Shown here: positions 6,200 to 9,346 of the stretch, one piece after another | Position numbering within the stretch: the first letter of the stretch is position 1 | How the letters are laid out: the number at the start of each line of letters is the position of its first letter | DNA from: a virus | Taxonomy: Duplodnaviria > Heunggongvirae > Uroviricota > Caudoviricetes | Direction: 5' to 3' (one strand) | Length of the DNA: 9,346 bases | IMG/VR virus record: IMGVR_UViG_2706794670_000010 | Made by a program: the position numbers and the translations under genes | The notes under the pieces: generated by a model | What the model saw: only the letters and a program-made list of their open reading frames with translations | Told to the model about the DNA's origin: nothing | Databases searched by the model: none

Positions 6200-8032
6200 A
6201 TGGCCCGCATGTTTGATACATTAGGATTTTACATTATGAATGTGCAACATTTTGATTTTTTTACAGATAATGAGTTTTCTAATCTGGAAAGATATCAAAC
6301 TTGTAAAGCCATGGCCAAAGGTTATGCGGGCAATTACAAAACCGGGCAGTCAAGGTTGATGCATGCCCGCTCATACTGCTTCAGCATCGTAGCTGCATAT
6401 TGGGATACCCTTGCAAAAAAGCAAAAAAGCAGCATTAAAATGAGGGCAGTACCGCACACTGTTTACATAGAAGACATTCCATGTGATGCACGCGAGCTCG
6501 CTGAACGAACAGGTGAGCTTATTGCTCAATTTCCGGCGGAGGACGCTGGATATCTGATTGGGTCAATTTATACGGTAATGCTGCCATCCGCTTACCGTTC
6601 GGAATTGGGGGCTTACTATACCCCCCCACCTTTGGTAGCGCGTCTCTTGGACCTGGCTGAAAAGTCTGGTGTTGATTTTTCTCATGCATCGGTTATTGAT
6701 CCTGCGTGTGGTGGCGGTGCATTTTTGGCACCAGTAGCCATTCGAATGTTAAAAAAAGACAAGGGGTCTTCCCCTGAATGGATGTTGAGGAGAATCAGTC
6801 GTCGTTTAAAGGGGATAGAGATCGATCCATTTGCGGCTTGGATGAGTTTGGTATTGCTCGAATCTGTACTAATGCCACTATGTGTAAAGGTAAAACGTAG
6901 ATTGCCTGAAGATACAATTATTGTTGCTGATGCGCTTCAGCAAGATAAATTTTCTGGTTATGATCTTGTGGTAGGGAATCCGCCTTACGGACGTGTCACT
7001 CTCGATATTAAAACGAGAGAAAAATATTCTCGTTCGTTATTTGGTCATGCAAATCTATATGGATTGTTCACCGACTTAGCTGTTCGCATGGTTAAAGAGA
7101 AAACAGGAGTTATTGCATTTCTTACGCCAACTTCTTTTCTTGGTGGGCAGTATTTCACCGCGCTGCGAACCCTTTTGACCGAAAAAACTACTCCGTATGC
7201 CCTTGATTTCGTCACTGACAGGGATGGGGTCTTTGACGATGTTCTCCAGGAAACAATGTTGACAGCATTCAAGGCGGGAGAACATAAAGTTCGGGCCCAG
7301 GTATCCTCACTTGTCCCTAAGGGGTTGAACAAAGCAAAAATTGAGAAAATAGGTAATGTTGATATAGAAAAAGGTGGAGCAACGTGGCTTTTGCCACGCG
7401 TTAAAGATGATGCCTGTTTTCTTAATGTATTAAAACAGATGTCTACGCGTTTAGCTGATCTGGGATACTCAGTCTCTACAGGTCAGTTAGTCTGGAATCG
7501 ATTTAAGTCGCAGTTGCGTACGACGAAAGGAAAAAATAGCTACCCATTAGTCTGGGCGGAATCAATAACTTCAGCTGGTTTTCGTTTTAGTGCAGACAGA
7601 AAAAATCATGTTCCCTATATCGATATAACCCCACAACAGGGTTTCCTTGTGACAAAATCTGAATGTGTGCTTGTTCAGCGGACAACATCGAAGGAACAGG
7701 ACAGAAGGATTTTAGCGGCAATTTTACCTCAGGGATTTATAGATGAAACTGGTGGCGTAGTAGTTGAAAACCATATTAATATTGTATATTCAAACGGATT
7801 GTTCTCTGCGGTTCGCCCTGATGTTATTGATATGCTACTTAATTCGCATGTTGTCGATCGGGCGTTCAGGTGTATAAGCGGAAGTGTTGCTGTTTCGGCC
7901 TATGAATTGAATTCAATCCCGTTGCCTTCTCTGGAGCAGGTGATGGAGATTCAATCGTTAATTGATGCTGGCGTCCACAGACGGATTATTGAGAGAACTA
8001 TCGCTGGTTTCTATGGAGTGATGATTGCATGA
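6200..8032 (+). CDS. gamma-class N6-adenine DNA methyltransferase (Type II R-M modification subunit), 598-610 aa
   Basis: Motif order YYTPPP (motif X), then DPACGGGAFL (motif I, AdoMet binding), then VVGNPPYG (motif IV, NPPY), then a long C-terminal target-recognition region. Start is ambiguous: ATG at 6200 or 6209, or ATG at 6236 with AGGA 9 nt upstream. Stop TGA at 8030-8032 overlaps the next ATG. Confidence 0.85.
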   Translation: MARMFDTLGFYIMNVQHFDFFTDNEFSNLERYQTCKAMAKGYAGNYKTGQSRLMHARSYCFSIVAAYWDTLAKKQKSSIKMRAVPHTVYIEDIPCDARELAERTGELIAQFPAEDAGYLIGSIYTVMLPSAYRSELGAYYTPPPLVARLLDLAEKSGVDFSHASVIDPACGGGAFLAPVAIRMLKKDKGSSPEWMLRRISRRLKGIEIDPFAAWMSLVLLESVLMPLCVKVKRRLPEDTIIVADALQQDKFSGYDLVVGNPPYGRVTLDIKTREKYSRSLFGHANLYGLFTDLAVRMVKEKTGVIAFLTPTSFLGGQYFTALRTLLTEKTTPYALDFVTDRDGVFDDVLQETMLTAFKAGEHKVRAQVSSLVPKGLNKAKIEKIGNVDIEKGGATWLLPRVKDDACFLNVLKQMSTRLADLGYSVSTGQLVWNRFKSQLRTTKGKNSYPLVWAESITSAGFRFSADRKNHVPYIDITPQQGFLVTKSECVLVQRTTSKEQDRRILAAILPQGFIDETGGVVVENHINIVYSNGLFSAVRPDVIDMLLNSHVVDRAFRCISGSVAVSAYELNSIPLPSLEQVMEIQSLIDAGVHRRIIERTIAGFYGVMIA

Positions 8033-9111
8033 ATCTGCCTGTTGTTCCCCCATTGAATGTTATCCGGGAAAGATTACAATTAATTTTCCCTGAAGGGACT
8101 GAGAATCGTGGATATTTAATTCGGGAAATAGCTGCAAAAACAATTTTTGTCATGTTTTATGCTGGTGCGGTTGAGGGGCTGGGGCGATGGATAAGGCCCA
8201 GCCAGGTTGTAAGTATGGGAGATTCGCAGGCTGCTCTTACTGATGATGCGTCCAGAGAAAGCTGGGTAAAGATGACTTTCTCTAAACAAAAGATAAGGCC
8301 TGCTGATGCATGGTATGCGGAAAATACGCGTGAGCCAATACGTGATGAAACTATAAAAAATGGCCTAATACCTTGCAATGCAATTGTTGAGCGTAAAGGT
8401 ATACCCACCACATCCTCTCGTCCTCGTTACAGTTTGAATCGCTCTTTTGCAGCACTCTTTGATGCCGGGCTTGAAGGAGATTCGCTGCTGAGTGCAATAA
8501 GTTCCTGGCAAGAAAATCATTTGAACAAAGCCGCTCTTGCTAGGTTGCGTTTATTGAAATCAGGGGCAGTGATTGCTGCTGATGCCGTAGTCGTCACTTT
8601 CCCAAATGGAGAGAAGAGAACTTTAGCTCCGGGCCCGTCAAGTACAATAGCTAAGGCCGTCATCGAAGTTTTTGCTCCTAATTTTCTTAAGAATCCAACT
8701 GTGCTCTGGTTGTCTGAATCCGGGAATAAAGTTGTTGCTCAGGATGATGTATTGGCAAAAGCATTGGGGCTGAATATTGATGCCTCAAAAGCACTTCCAG
8801 ATATTATTTTGATTGATTTGGGAGAGGACCGAACGGGTTCGGACATGCTTGTAGTTTTCACTGAAGTAGTTGCGACAGATGGGCCTATAAACAGGGAACG
8901 AAAAGTTACTCTCACTCATTTGGCTATTGACGCTGGGTTCAGCGAGAAAAATCTTGCATTCCTTACGGCATTTATGGACAGAAGTGCTCTGCCTTTTAAA
9001 AAGGCAATACCAGAATTGGCGTGGGGATCTTATGCATGGTTTGCTTCTGAACCGGAGCACTTAATTGATCTTCGGGATGGTTATCCGGTAAAGATCAGCC
9101 AGAGAAAATGA
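8029..9111 (+). CDS. putative Type II restriction endonuclease partner of the methyltransferase (possibly BsuBI/PstI-like; family unverified), 360 aa
   Basis: ATGA start/stop overlap with the methyltransferase and GGAG 10 nt upstream indicate translational coupling. Same AT-richer composition as the methyltransferase. I could not locate an unambiguous PD-(D/E)xK motif by eye, so nuclease identity is inferred from context. Confidence 0.55.
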   Translation: MNLPVVPPLNVIRERLQLIFPEGTENRGYLIREIAAKTIFVMFYAGAVEGLGRWIRPSQVVSMGDSQAALTDDASRESWVKMTFSKQKIRPADAWYAENTREPIRDETIKNGLIPCNAIVERKGIPTTSSRPRYSLNRSFAALFDAGLEGDSLLSAISSWQENHLNKAALARLRLLKSGAVIAADAVVVTFPNGEKRTLAPGPSSTIAKAVIEVFAPNFLKNPTVLWLSESGNKVVAQDDVLAKALGLNIDASKALPDIILIDLGEDRTGSDMLVVFTEVVATDGPINRERKVTLTHLAIDAGFSEKNLAFLTAFMDRSALPFKKAIPELAWGSYAWFASEPEHLIDLRDGYPVKISQRK

Positions 9112-9263
9112 CCAAAGTTTGATATCCGCCACGCCCTGAAGGATGGGGGTTTTACGGTGCACTGGATAAAAAATCGGTTTCATAGATTTGCCCACCGTGG
9201 TATACGCCTGCGATAAAAACTTTATTGTCATCAACGGCAAAAGCAATAATTGTTCTGTGGCGG

Positions 9264-9346
9264 GGTGATGCTGCCAACTTACTGATTTAGTGTATGATGG
9301 TGTTTTTGAGGTGCTCCAGTGGCTTCTGTTTCTATCAGCTGTCCCT
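9264..9346 (+). mobile_element. IS1 insertion sequence, left (5') end; element continues right of the window
   Basis: GGTGATGCTGCCAACTTACTGATTTAGTGTATGATGGTGTTTTTGAGGTGCTCCAGTGGCTTCTGTTTCTATCAGCTGTCCCT matches the IS1 left terminal repeat and insA leader as I recall them. Same orientation as the IS1 end at 1-103. Confidence 0.85.
9319..9346 (+). CDS. insA: IS1 InsA, N-terminal fragment (GTG start; continues beyond window)
   Basis: GTG GCT TCT GTT TCT ATC AGC TGT CCC translates to (M)ASVSISCP, the InsA N-terminus. Confidence 0.7.

Noticed and set aside
7045-7332. Minus-strand ORFs 7045..7332 and 7076..7285 inside the methyltransferase gene
   Set aside because: Antisense to a gene with clear methyltransferase motifs.
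9112-9160. Intrinsic terminator downstream of the endonuclease gene (CCC...GGGGGTTTT around 9135-9150)
   Set aside because: The stem is too short and imperfect to support from sequence alone.
8157-9246. Minus-strand ORFs 8157..8411, 8785..9060 and 9061..9246 (the last with a TTG start)
   Set aside because: Antisense to or overlapping the putative endonuclease gene, with no ribosome-binding site. The 9061..9246 frame depends on a TTG start and crosses the gene end.

Overview
The window is a ~9.16-kb segment bracketed by two IS1 ends in the same orientation: bases 1-103 are the right end of IS1 (insB 3' terminus) and 9264-9346 are the left end of another IS1 copy (terminal repeat and insA start). 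Between them lies a lambdoid, Rac-type prophage immunity and replication fragment followed by a restriction-modification cargo. Left to right: two small leftward hypothetical genes (236-765); an OL-like pair of operator palindromes (947-989); a leftward operon of CI-like repressor, ParD-like antitoxin and ParE/RelE-like toxin (2050 to 1046) ending at a putative intrinsic terminator; OR-like operators (2085-2125); rightward Cro-like and YdaT/CII-like genes; an O-like replication initiator with phased in-gene iterons; and a DnaC-like helicase loader. The last two genes are partly hidden by three N-masked runs (3040-3289, 3594-3859, 3899-3919). Three hypothetical genes with winged-helix and zinc-ribbon features follow (4408-5985). 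The AT-richer cargo is a gamma-class N6-adenine DNA methyltransferase (6200-8032) translationally coupled (ATGA overlap) to a 360-aa putative Type II restriction endonuclease (8029-9111). All family assignments rest on motif recognition and recalled sequences; no database search was run. Candidates for something undescribed are the three-gene hypothetical block, the unresolved identity of the methyltransferase partner, and the IS1-bracketed packaging of origin, toxin-antitoxin and R-M modules.
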